DNA from: Oikopleura dioica
Lineage: Eukaryota; Animalia; Chordata
Assembly (NCBI GenBank): GCA_907165135.1
Contig: OU015566.1
Location: 2,046,001-2,110,000 of the forward strand
Direction: 5' to 3'
DNA length: 64,000 nucleotides
The position numbers and the translations under genes are program-made. The notes beneath the pieces were generated by a model. That model did not search any database. It saw only the letters and a list, made by a program, of their open reading frames with translations, and was not told the DNA's origin. Of this stretch, positions 1-12,300 are shown in pieces; position 1 is the stretch's first letter, and every line of letters starts with the position of its first letter.

Positions 1-943
1 TTAAGAGAGAAGAACTGAGAGTCAATGCGAAATAACAGAAACCACAACTCAAGTAACACTGACGAGTACCACCGCAGGCGATGGTGGTGGAAATTGCAAG
101 GTTCCAGATCCGACTCTTTGGGGAAATCCCGCTACAGATTGCTTAGGATTCGGAAAAGAATGTCAAATTGACAAAGATCTTGCTGATCAGGTAAGAGAGT
201 TTTTTTCTTGTATTGGCCTTGATCGAAAACTTATTTATCTTTTGAAGTACCAAGCTTATACGAGGGAACCGGGAACGCAAGAAAATGAAATGCCTACTTG
301 GTATACCGCTACTGATTACTGTAACAGTCTTGGCTGGGACTTAGCAACCGTTGCAGATTCAACGGAGTACGATTCTCTTCGGGAGTACGTGATGCAATAT
401 GAAAGATGCATGAGGAAAGGAATTCCGACTGGAACGAGTCAGATGTTAGTCAATATTCCGGGTATTCAACGTGTTTTTAAGCATTTTGGTACATTGGTCT
501 GGCACGAGACCACGAAACAGCACCTTTCAAATGGCGATATCATTTGGAATCAGGCGACTCGAAGCACTGCCCCGTTGAAAAATTCGGAGACGGGCGGCCT
601 TATTGGGGTGAAAATAACCCTCCTGGTTTGAGACATCATTCTTTTTACTGTGAAACCATCAAATTAAGGAAGCTCTGCTGGAGACAAAGAAAGAAGATGC
701 GTCTACATGCGTGCTGGACATGAGTACGACAAAAACAAAGCTTATTTTGCTTCAAGATGCGATTACAATGAAAATAGTGCGATTGGATTCGTTTGTCAAA
801 GTACCTTTCAGTATTTTTAAAGGAGGTCTAACGTTATTCTAGAGAAGCGGGTCAAAAGCAGATGCGGAGAAAATAATGGAGGCGGTGGAGCGTCGACAGT
901 TTTTGTTTCAACCGTCCTTGCCCTTCCTCTCATTCTCCTGTAA
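1..943 (+). CDS. C-type lectin domain protein, probably GPI-anchored (5' end outside window)
   Basis: Five exons joined by GT-AG introns give ...TWYTATDYCNSLGWDLATV...FWYIGL...PFKW...YWGENNP...RRCVYM...SRCD...FVCQK, then GGASTVFVSTVLALPLILL*. Stop at 941-943, AATAAA at 948. Confidence 0.8.
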
Positions 944-996
944 ATTTAATAAAATATTTTTATTTGTCGATATTTTCAGTTTTCACAAAAGCTGTT

Positions 997-1574
997 TTAG
1001 TCAAATCGATCTCTCCAATGATTCCACCTCGTCGTCGATTCGGACCTAAGATAATAAGTCGCTGGAAACCGAAAATTCTTACCAAGTCGAAGTCCAATAA
1101 TGTTGTCATCAGCGCTCATTCTCCTACAATCCATCAAAACTTGAGTAGGCGGTCTTGAGCTTTGGAAAGAATCACTTGATTCCCAGTTCATATCATCAAG
1201 CGATTTCTAAAGCAAAAACGATGAGAGCTGCCGTTTCTTCAAGGAGCACTACCTTTTCATCTGTTTGATTTTCCTCCATGATTGCAAGCAGTGCTTGTTG
1301 AAAAGCTGCGGATGGAGCCAGTGTTTTTGTACTAGAAAAAATCTTTTCCAAATCAAATACAAAAAGTGAAACCTAAGAATCGATTCGAGAACTCTAGAGC
1401 TGCCTTTTTCGTCCTTCTTTTCCGTGATCATTTCTCTCGGTCGATTTTCCAGAACAGGAAGTTCTTCAAAATCTGAATACTCATCTGAAAAAGTCAAAAA
1501 TCCAATCCAAGTGTCTCAACACCTGATTCATAACCGTCATTTTCCAAAGTTTGTAAATAAGCGAAAAACTCCAT
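997..1574 (-). CDS. Hypothetical ~150 aa protein, 4 exons
   Basis: Three short GT-AG introns join an open frame MEFFAYLQTLENDGYESDEYSDFEELP...AFQQALLAIMEE...RWNHWRDRFD*. No recognised domain. Confidence 0.55.
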
Positions 1575-1952
1575 CAGAAGATTTTTCATTCAATAAAATG
1601 AAAAGGAATATTCTGAGCATGGTGAAAATCTGGCCCGACGCCAGGAAATGATAATGTTACTTTCTTGACGTTATGAAGTGCAAGAAAATTTAGCATAGAG
1701 AAACTTCCGTTTTTTCTTACCTTTTATGACCATGTTTTCTCTCTAAAATGATGACGATAGTCTGAATGAGGGGAAGTCTAGCACACTTAGACCAGAAGCC
1801 AAATAGAAAGTGCTCTTGAATCAAAAGGCATTAACCCGCTAAAGACCGCTAAGCAGTTGGTTTTGGAGCCCAAAAGAACAATTGAAATCAGAACTCAAAA
1901 GAAAGAATTATTTCGCGAAAAAAATCTTGATTTATTTTGATAACAGGAAAGA

Positions 1953-2700
1953 TTACTCCTCGACAATGTTTTCCGTCGTCGATTTGAGCTTCTGGTCGCG
2001 CGTATTGTCAATATCGGATATCCCAACTGTTGTCCGGATAGAGCTGAAATTTGATTAAACCCTTTCCTTCGCAAAATCAACCTGATCGCGACAGATTCAA
2101 AGGCGCTAGAAGATTGCCCCCTTCTGCAGGTGTATCCTCGCATTCTTGGAATTGATTGGCGCATCCGAATCCAGTTTTTCAGCCTCAAAAAGCGAATGCA
2201 ATAATGTCGACAGAAAAACTTACAGAAAGGTGACGAAACAAACGAAGCCGATCACCGAGCAAAGATAAATCAGCAAATCGTACTGGATCAATTGATATCC
2301 GGCGCCGCAGAATTCTAGCTGCTCAAAGTTGATCTTTTGCATTGAGTTTTCAAAGTCAGAAGTGATGTTTCTTTCGTAGACATTTTCCTTCTTCAGATAG
2401 CTGGAGCAAAGACACCCTTCCATGTTCTTGAGAAATGAGTAAGAATCGACTCATGTTGGCTTACCCAGCAGTTTGTGGACGCCATGATGGTACCATCGTT
2501 GAGAAAGTAGCCAGAACAGCAGAATCGAGCGTCGAGAAGAAGTTTGCACTTTTTCGAGAGGTCCTTGTTGTTTTCATTGCCGAGATCATAGGTGATACTG
2601 TGGCACTAAATCCAAGTTCATTTTTGCTTGTTTTAACGGTAAAAGACTCTACCTGTTTACAGTTATGATGACTGCAAATAGTCCTCGCCCCCGTAGACAT
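1953..2700 (-). CDS. Cys-rich single-pass membrane protein (hypothetical)
   Basis: Five exons in phase: Cys-rich region (CHSITY..CKLLLDARFCCSG..NCW..GCLCS), TM segment LLIYLCSVIGFVCFVTFLL, and tail ending ENIVEE*. Start uncertain. Confidence 0.5.
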
Positions 2701-3364
2701 GAAATATCGCGTTCAAACCGACTGTACCGTCCGAATTCTCTTTAACATCTAACATCAAAGGCACTCTCAGTATCTCGTTTATGTATAATTAAGCGTAAGC
2801 AAGTTGTCAAGTTGGATTATTATCTTGTAAATTTCGACTCTGTCTCCATTTTTCGCCAGATATTGTCATCCTTTCTCTGCATTTTTAATTTGTCTGTCTT
2901 TTTCGCTAATATTTCTTAATAAAAAATCATCATGATATTTCTCTTGAGGAAATGTATTTACAGCAAAAAAAGGAAATGGACTCGGAAATGTACAGTTTGA
3001 GGAGTTTTCAACGAACTAGAAGCAAATATGAATATTTTCCCAAGCAATAAGGAGTATTTCCAGAGCAGGGTCTCTTCGTTGATTTCAGGCGGAAAGGCTC
3101 TTCAATTTATGAAAGAGGGAGTGGTCGAGTAAAATGCGCGAATCCCTGTTTTACGGATTTTCACCTCGAACTTAATTTTTCTTTTTGCTTATCTCATTAT
3201 AAAATTTTCCGAAAAAATTTTCGTCCGAATTTTCGTTGAATTCGACTCAAAAAATCGATACAAATTTTGGCTCAAAAAAAATGATTTTTTCGGCTAAAAA
3301 TATTTGAAAAAAGCTTCTAGATGTCGCCCAAAAATTAAGATCAAGGATCAATTCTGTTCATCAA

Positions 3365-6300
3365 TCAAGAATTATTTCTTTCAATCAAAGAAGTACCACT
3401 TTTCAGACACTCGAAGAGTTTTGAGCGGGTTCTTGATAAAACTTGATCTTCGAAACTCTCATTTTTTGGCGAAAAGAAAGGTGTAATCCGTTCCTTAGCG
3501 GGATCTGTAGTGACGATCGAGCTGGTTGTAGTTGTGGTTCGTAGGCCAGTGTGCGAATTTGAGGATTGCGAGGAGCTGCTGCGGTCCGAGAAATCGCCCT
3601 CTTTGACGCTGTGGCTCACGCCGCATAAAATTCCCTGAAAAAAATGATTGAAAACAGCGTCTTTCTAAAAAATTGACCGGATTAAAATATTTTTAGGAAA
3701 GAGAAAAAAAATGTGTTTTTAAGTATATCTCGTTGAGCGCCTTAACGAGGGTCTTGCGCGTCGTTCGATTAATTTGCTGAACCCTTTAGTGAGTTGGTTA
3801 TGAAATTTGTGCGGTCCACTGCCCGGTGCACCGCGGTCACGCAATTAGACCGTTTTTCGACAAAGCGCCGTGAAATCAGCTGAGCCATCTTCCTAAATTA
3901 CCCAAGGAGCTACTTTTTCGTGCAAATTTTTGATATTTTATGTGGTCATTTTCGGAGCTTATTTAATCTGTAAAACGAGTTCGCAAGTCAAACGCGAAAA
4001 TTTCAAAATTTTATTTGAATTCTCAATTATGATAACAATAACTAAAAGCCACTTGAGACAATGGATTTCATCTTTATGGTGTTTTCATTTTCAAAAAATA
4101 CAACATGCGGAACGATAAAGAGTGACTATGACAAACCTCAAGAGAATGGAGAAATTCTTCGCAGGTAAATTCCCATTTTGATTTTGTGGAAAGAGATTCC
4201 AAGCTTTCGCGTTCTTTTCGCTCGGCGCGAAGTTTTTCTGAAAACAAAGAGTCAGAAATAAGTTTTTGTATAAATTTTATTTTTTATTTTATTGAAATAA
4301 AAATTCGATTTTTTATTGGTTGGCGACGATAAAGAGAAATTCTGATTGGTCGAAAGTCATTTCGAAGGCTTTTGATTTTTTCAGAGCTGAAAATGAATTT
4401 TTATTGGCCGAAAATTTTTTCTGAAATTTTTACATACAAAAATGAGATCTAAAGAGACACCTTTGTAATTTTGCGCGAGCTGTTTCTGCAGAATTGCGTT
4501 TTCCTTCAAGACTCGTCGAATTCGTTTGACCTTCTTGACGTCTTTTGCCGCGGCTGCTTCGCCTACTACTTCCGATGGCGACTGGCTTTTGACATTTCGA
4601 CAATTCGCTGTCAAACCTAAAACAATATTCCGTGAACAATTTATCATTTATTTTGACGGCCCGCCGCCTCGAGAATTTTTTCTTTCATTTATTTTTGCTT
4701 TTCACGTTTTTTTTTCCTTTTTTTTTCTATTTTTTGAGCTTGCTGTAAAAAGGGGGGGCAGAAATCGAACCCGATATTGATATAAGAAAACGTGATACGG
4801 ATTATCTACTGGATTATGAAGCCGTTCTTGTTCTTTTCAGAGTCTGTTTTTGGTCTGTTGCGGATTAAAAATTGCAGATTTTGGTTATCAAAAAACGAGT
4901 TATCAACTAATCTGATTAGTCAGTTCGATAATTTTGCGTTATAAAATTTTGAAAATTAAAAAATTAAGGATATACGGTACCGTATGTCACAATAAATAAC
5001 CCAAGAAAAGCTTGCTCCTAGCAACCTGACCTTTAACGGCCTGTATATCCTTAAGTTTGAAATCAAATGATCATCATTTGTGGACTGGTTTTAGTCAAGG
5101 GTTTGATCTAAAAGTTTCTATTAAAATTAAGGGTGTATCTTCGATACTTTCGGAAAGAACCTTGCTCCTAGAAGGCCGATTTTCACAATTCTTATCGGGG
5201 GGGGGGTCCTTAACGTAGTTTTTCGTCAAAAAATGAATCTTTTCATGAAGATTTATTCTTTAAATCTTAACATGAATGTAAATTTATGAAGAAATAAAGC
5301 CACTTTTCTGCAAAGAAGAATGCTTTTAAAAATGTGTTAGAAAATCAGCTCTATTTTCAGCGAAGAAAAATTCTAAAAAACCTCAAAGCCCAGTTGCTCG
5401 TTGAAAATTGTCGCGAGTCAATTAGCATCGCGCTGATCCTATGAAAGCGAAATCTAATGCGTCCGCAGAAGATCGCCAAGCCGGATTATCCGACCTGCGG
5501 AAAGTTCACCTGCCACAGCTTCTCAATAAAAAAGAACACTTTCCTGGCAATCTTTGTGAAATTCTTTCGAAATCATCAATTTTGCTTTGTCCGGAAAAAT
5601 GGTTTTAGAAAGTGGCGGAATTTTCGACAAACCGCAGAAAGAAAATCATCCAATTTTCGATTTTCAAACATGATTCGCCGCTTTCACGGGGTTCGTTTCC
5701 AGCTCAGAATTCTAGAGCTACATTCAATTTATCAAAATTAATTAGACAGGTCGCTGCAACACGATTCCGTCAACAACCAACTAAAATGCTCCAAAAAATA
5801 AACGATGAGGTGTCGATTTAAGACGATTTTTAGAAGAAAAATTGAAACTCATGAGCCGAAATTTTTCACTAGAATTTTGTAGAAAGGGGAAAACTGAATT
5901 CACCTGAATTGAAAATTCAATAGAAATACAGCTCAATTCAAAATTCTAGGGCTTTTTCCGGGGCATGTATTGAAGCTCAAAGAAGAAATTCCTCTCTGAA
6001 TTTTTGATCGATAAGATAAAAATTATGATTTTCGTTTTTCCTCTTATCTTTTTTCCTGATTGAAAAAATTTTAATCAATCATAAATTGGAAAAGTTTCCG
6101 ATAACGGATCAAATACGGCAGAAAATTACCAAAAAATGTCAGTTTTTTTTATATTTAAAAAATCGAAGGTAGTACATTTAAATTGGGATGATGTCTGGAG
6201 CCGACAAAAAATTTCGACAAATTTTGCGTGGGCGGCTACTCGGCTGCTGATTGGCCGGTTTGCAAAATGCAGGCTTCTGATTCCACGCAAAATTTGTCGA

Positions 6301-9300
6301 AATTTTTTTGTCGGTTCCAGACACCTCCCCCTTAAATTCTTGATACTTTAGCAACTCATTTATTTTGGGATCTCGATGTTTTTAAAATATCCAAAAAGAA
6401 AAAAAAACTTGAAAAAGTTCTATTTTCGTATTTTCCAAAATTAACAAGATTGAATGAGAAAGGTATAATTTCTGCTTGTGCAATAAGGGTGGGGATTTTT
6501 CGTCAAGCAACGAAACGGGGGTTTTAAATTACTCTTAGAAGGAGCGTAAAAGATGCAAGAAATTTGAGCGGGCATTCTTTTTCACGTAAACTTGTAAACC
6601 ACACCTTGTTCGTTTTTGCGTTTTGCGGCTTTCATTTTTTAAAACTGTATATTTTCGTTTATTTTTGGGATTTCTTACCTCTGTAGAGCAGAAACTGGAC
6701 CATTTGGCATCTGAGATGACGGGAAGCAAGATGAAGGCAGGAATTTCCGTATCGATCTTTCGCCGGTTTCAAAAAAAATTGAACAACTTACCGAATTAAG
6801 AAAATTTCTGTGCGTGCTCTAAAAACTACCGCTACGCGAATAATTGAGTTCATTTTTCGTGGTGGCTTTTCACGCCTTTTCAAAATTTACAGAAGCTCGA
6901 GTCCGCTGAGGAGGGACTACTTTTTATGTCTGAAAATATGGTTAGTTGTGTTGAAAAATAAAAAAAAATAATAGTACAGTGCGAAGATTTTGATTAATTT
7001 TCACAGCCAATAAGAAGCCTGTATCTATCCAACTAGCCAATAAGCGGCCGATAAAAGCCAGGGCAAAAATTTCTGCTCGAAATCTAGCTCGAATCTAGCT
7101 CGAATCTAGCTCGAATCCAGCTTAAATCTCGCTCGAATCTAGCTCGAAACTTTGATCAAATCTAGCCCGAATCTAGCTCAAATCTAGCTCGAATCCAGCT
7201 CGAAATCTAGCTCGAATCTAGCTCGGAATCAAGCTCGAATCCAGCTCGAAACTTTATAAAATTTCCGTTGCAAGCAATTCAGGTTCTTATTGGCTGAAAA
7301 ACTAATATTTTTTGTTCTTACCTTTTTTAAAATTTGAAACCAAGCTTTGACGGAGTCAACATATGCATCTTTCTTTAACCAAAAAAAATATCGAAAATTT
7401 CTTTCTAAACAACCTGCGTAACATTTTGAGTGTCGAGAGAGCGGGTTATTGTTTTTGGATGCTTGCGTATAAGTGGATTGCTCAAAGTGCTATGGTTGGA
7501 AAAGAGGATTTCGTTGAGCGTTTTATCTGTAACGAAACAGGTGACTTCTAAAAATTCTAGTGTTTGTGCTTCTTAAAATTATTGACTAAGTTTGCAAAAT
7601 TGAGATCTTTGAAATTTTAAATTCACGTCTTCGTTTTCAATTAAAACTCGACAAGGAAGAATTCATGTCTTGAAATATTCCCCGAGCGGGTCGATTCTTA
7701 AAAGTGCCCGCAAAATTAGAACAGAGTTCTTGGACTTGACGCTTCAAAAGAAATGACGGAAACTTTCTCAGAAACAAACTTTTTCGACCCTTTTTTCTCA
7801 CAAAAATATCAGATTTTAGGGTCGATTTTAAGGCGATGACACCCTTATTTTCAATCTTTAAAAAAAAAGTTGGTGTCGAAAAGCCGCTTGCGGCTTCGAG
7901 ACCGACATCAAAAAAGCCGCGCTAAGCGCGGCTTATATTGTTGAAAAAAAAAATAAGGGTGTCACCGTATTAAAAATGCTCCTCAAAATCGATCTTATAA
8001 TGAAAATCGCGGCTTTTTTTTTTGAGCCGCGAGCGGCTTGCTGTTATATCTTACCAAGAAAAAAAATCAAGTTTATTATTTTCACCCGTCAAAATCGGGG
8101 TTCGAATAATCCAAGGAGTAATTGTCATAATTCAACAAAGTCAAAATATTTACAAAGAGCGTAATAAATTATCAGGGGGAAAAAGCAAGAAAGTTAGTTT
8201 AGAAAAACCTGCCCTTGTTCAGTTGCGTTTAGATTTTCTGAAATTTTTTCTCACCGCTTCGTTTGTTTCGAGAACACGGATTTTCCCAGTCACGGAAATT
8301 TTGATCTGCGGTTAAATCTGGAGCGAGTTTCGGGGGAATGTTTTGATGGATTAGTTTATCGGGTTATTACTGAATTGATGTACGCATTTGCCACATTTAT
8401 GCGAGTATGTACTTTTTATTAAGATTCGTTTGAAGTGAATTAATGTGATCATTTTGATTATGGTCATTAATTAGATCTGATGTCATTTGTTGATTTTAAA
8501 TAACGAAGCGAATACCAAATTATGCCATCAAAGAAATATCTGTCTTTGGGACATCCCGTTTTTGAGATTATTCATCCTGTAATTTCCTCTAAGCTGCTAG
8601 AATATGTCATAATGGTCGATTATAAATTGATTTTTATTAAGACAAAAATAGAATAAACGAACCAGACTCTATTTTACGCCAACTTTATGTAAAAAACTTT
8701 TATAACAGTAATAAATAACGTAAAAAAACGCTGAACAAAGAAATGATTGATGTCATTTATTATCTATAAATCTATAAACTCAATATTTTTATATAAAAAA
8801 ATTCATGGGCGAAGTGAGTTTGTCGTATCATAAAAACATCAAAAAGATCAAGGTTCTCTCATTTCTGGCAATTTTCAGTGAAAAAAACTTGCGGAAGAAA
8901 AAGACAGTCGGTGCCAGATTGCCTGGTGCCCTTTTACTTAAGCCCGAAGAGACTGATAATTTGTACGTTTTAGGTATTCACATACTTGTCCATTGAGGCA
9001 AACCTGCCTATTGTTGTGTGAGAAAATAAGGTTTCTGCATTTTCAGAAAGTGGGTATTATATAATGTCGCTTTTAGAAGTATTTTTGGCCATTTTTCTAC
9101 CGAAAAAGAAAGTTATGAGAAATTAGCCTTGAGCCACTGTATTTACTCCAGCTTCCGTATGAGCTCATCTCATAACGGGTTATGCACGAGTTCGCTGGTT
9201 CCCCGAAAATTCTCTGCCGAGCGGCAACTTTAGTTTTTTTGGATAACGAGAAGTTATTTCCGTTCCACGCGGGTTTCTTTGTTGCCAGAAACGAAAAGTC

Positions 9301-12300
9301 GCTGTTATCAATTTTGAGATTAAGGGCCCTGCCATTGCTCACTCTTGTGTGTTTTTGATACCGAAGCGATTTTTTATTTTTGAGTCAAGAAATATTTTTT
9401 TTCATTTAATTTTCCAAAATTAGATTTTCTACGTCAGACTAGAAGCTTCATCAAAAAGGGATTAGAGACTTGCGTGGCGCGAATTAAACTTTGATATTCC
9501 ACCCAAAGCGCAAGGGTTAAATTAAAAGCCGGGTTAAGAATTAAAGGCACTCCGAAAAGGGATAATTTCCTTGTGTTGATGAAAAGGGCGTTACCGGATG
9601 TAATTGCCCAAAATATTCAATGTATTCATTCTTGCATGCAAAAATTTAGCTTTCCCTAGAACAATATTCCTGCAAAAAAATCTGAAAATGCAAATGATTT
9701 GTGACTCCAAAGCTGTGGCGTGGATTGACGCTCCCCGAGCAAGTAGCAATTCCGCAGATTGGACATCACCTGAATAATCCAATTTCGTCAAAATACAATA
9801 AAACCATCACCCATTATCCTCCGTTGATTTACGAAAGTATGAAACTCTGGCTTATTATTTTATGATTATCATTCATTTGATAACTCATCCTTTAACCTTT
9901 TTTTTCAGGCATTATTCGGAAAATAAACTTATTTATAGAATAAGCCGTGAATTTATGACGATGATTTTTTTACTATAAAATTCTTTGCATTATTCAATTT
10001 AAGAAATTTAATGCCCGCTAGAGGATGATTTAATTTTCATTTTTGATTCTTACCTAAGCAGCAGGCCATCATCAGGGCTGTCATACTTTCATCAGAAGTT
10101 TTCGCATCGACCTGAAAAATTGCATAAGAACATGGGTTAATTTCCTGTCGCAAGCGTTTTTTAGCAAAGCGCTGACATTTTGAGCAATTTTGAGTGGAAA
10201 AGGTTGACTTATACGATTTCCAAGGGGATTGATTATTGCTTATGAACTGTTTTTAGACCGTTTTTGATGCATAGAGGGCTCATTTTTGACAGTTTTTTGA
10301 TGACAAATTTTTAGCCAATCAGAAATCTTGATGACATTTTTGAGCCAATCAGGTTTTTCAAAGACCTTTCTGTTTTAAATCCTTATTTTTTCGGCAAAAA
10401 AAAAATTTGTCGAAAAAAAAGAAGATTTTTGGTAAAAATTTTTCGAAAAAAATTGCTCATTTTGTCTCGAAACGTTGAATCCAGGCTAATCCTTCGCGTA
10501 AAGATGAAAAGAGTGTGAGCTGCGAAAAAATGACCGAAATTGGATTGACACTTTCCACTTCCTCGTAGCTTGAGTTATCCAAAGCTTAGGTGTTTTGGGC
10601 GAAACGAAATGGAGCCGAATGTGATATCAAAGCAAACACTTTGGAAGGCGCCAGCTAGCACTCCTTATCATGTTAGGGTGATTATTTTTGAAATCAGATG
10701 AAAAAATCAGGGCAGCGAATGTTCAAAACATATACAGATCCAAAAATGGCGGGAAAGCCATAATTTTCTAAAAGTAATAAACGAACATCGTCATAAAAAC
10801 TTCTAAAAAAGTAACTGATAAACATCAGACTATCGGATCGATAATATAAGTATTTTTTGAACACCGACTTTGTCTAAAAAAAGAAGAAACAATGAGCATC
10901 ATACTTTAAATAGAAAGATAGCAGATATCATCTTGTTTTAGTAGAAAAATAACTATATTAATCGTGATGTAAGGGAGCTTGTGTTGTCCCTTATCATAAT
11001 GAGTATATAACAAATGCATAAGAGATTTTTTCTTCAAAAATAACATCTGAATTTCTGTCGTTAAGCGACAATTTTTGAGCGACAATATTCAAGCGACAAT
11101 TTTTGAGCGACAAATTTCGAGCGACAATTTTCGAACGACAATTTTCGAACGACATTTTTCGAGCGATTATTTCGAGCGATGATTTTCGAGCGACAATTTA
11201 AGAGCGACAGTTTTCGAGCGAAAACTTTCGAGCGACAATTTGCAAGCGACAACTTTCGAGCGACAAAATTTTTCGTGACATGAAATTTAAGTAAAAAGAA
11301 CGATTTTGTAATTATATAAATGAATTTCTTTCTCCATTTTCCACGTAAAAGCAATTTTCTTCCACGTCTTGAATCCCCTAAAAATAATTCTTTTCTGCAA
11401 CAAAGAAGTAAGAAGGGGTTTCTACCGCATAAATTAGAAATGTTCATGCCCGTCCACTGACCCAGGTGCATCCACTCGAGAAATAACGCGTTTCGACACG
11501 CTTTCGTTCACAATTGAATTTTTGTTCAAAATTTCCGAGCAAAATTTTCATCAACAAAAAAATTTCGCGCAAAAAAAGACGAAGAAAACGACGCGTGTCA
11601 AGCCTATATTTTCAAATTGCTAAGCGAGGACGTAAGAAAGGATCAGCCACGAGCCCGGGTAAACAGCAGTTTTGACGGAAGAGAGCACAGTTATTCAAGA
11701 AAACAACGTTTCGTTTTCTGATGATAGTTTTTAGTTGCTTCAAGATCTTTGGGTTCTTTTGATATCGACTGATCTTAGATACGCTAGAATTTTCGATAAA
11801 AAGAAGAGCCCAAAAAATTTTTGAAAATCAAAAATTCCGAAAATGTGAAAAATTTCGACTTGAAATTTTTATTTTCTTTTTGATGAAAAAATTGAAATTA
11901 ATGCCAAATCATGATGAAAATGATGGAAAAACAACTCGAAAGTTCTCGTGAAGATCTTTATTTAGGTATTGATTTAACCTTGATCACCAAAAATAAGCTC
12001 CTCTTCATTCCTCGTTGATCCATAAATAATTTTCCAAGAAAAAATGATGCTTCTTCTATAATTGAAACGAATACACGTTCCACTTCATTGATTTATTCTA
12101 CTCAAAAATGCATCAATTATCAATTTTTCTTCATTATAATTTTTTCTATAAATTATAGACTATAATAAAACTGCTTAATTTTCTATAATAAAACGTTCAC
12201 TTTAATATTTTTATATATATTTTTTTCAGAATAGAATTCATTCCCATGCCGGCAAAATGGTCAAACTGCGCCCTCCAGTGAAGAATTCCCATTGCGTTCC

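Noticed and set aside
4381-4647. Standalone ORF starting MINCSR
   Set aside because: Better explained as internal exon 4616-4461 of the ankyrin gene.
11061-11471. 136-aa ORF, including a GDSRRGRKLLLRG ankyrin-like stretch
   Set aside because: Largely translated minisatellite. The ankyrin register is already completed by exon 15877-15810.
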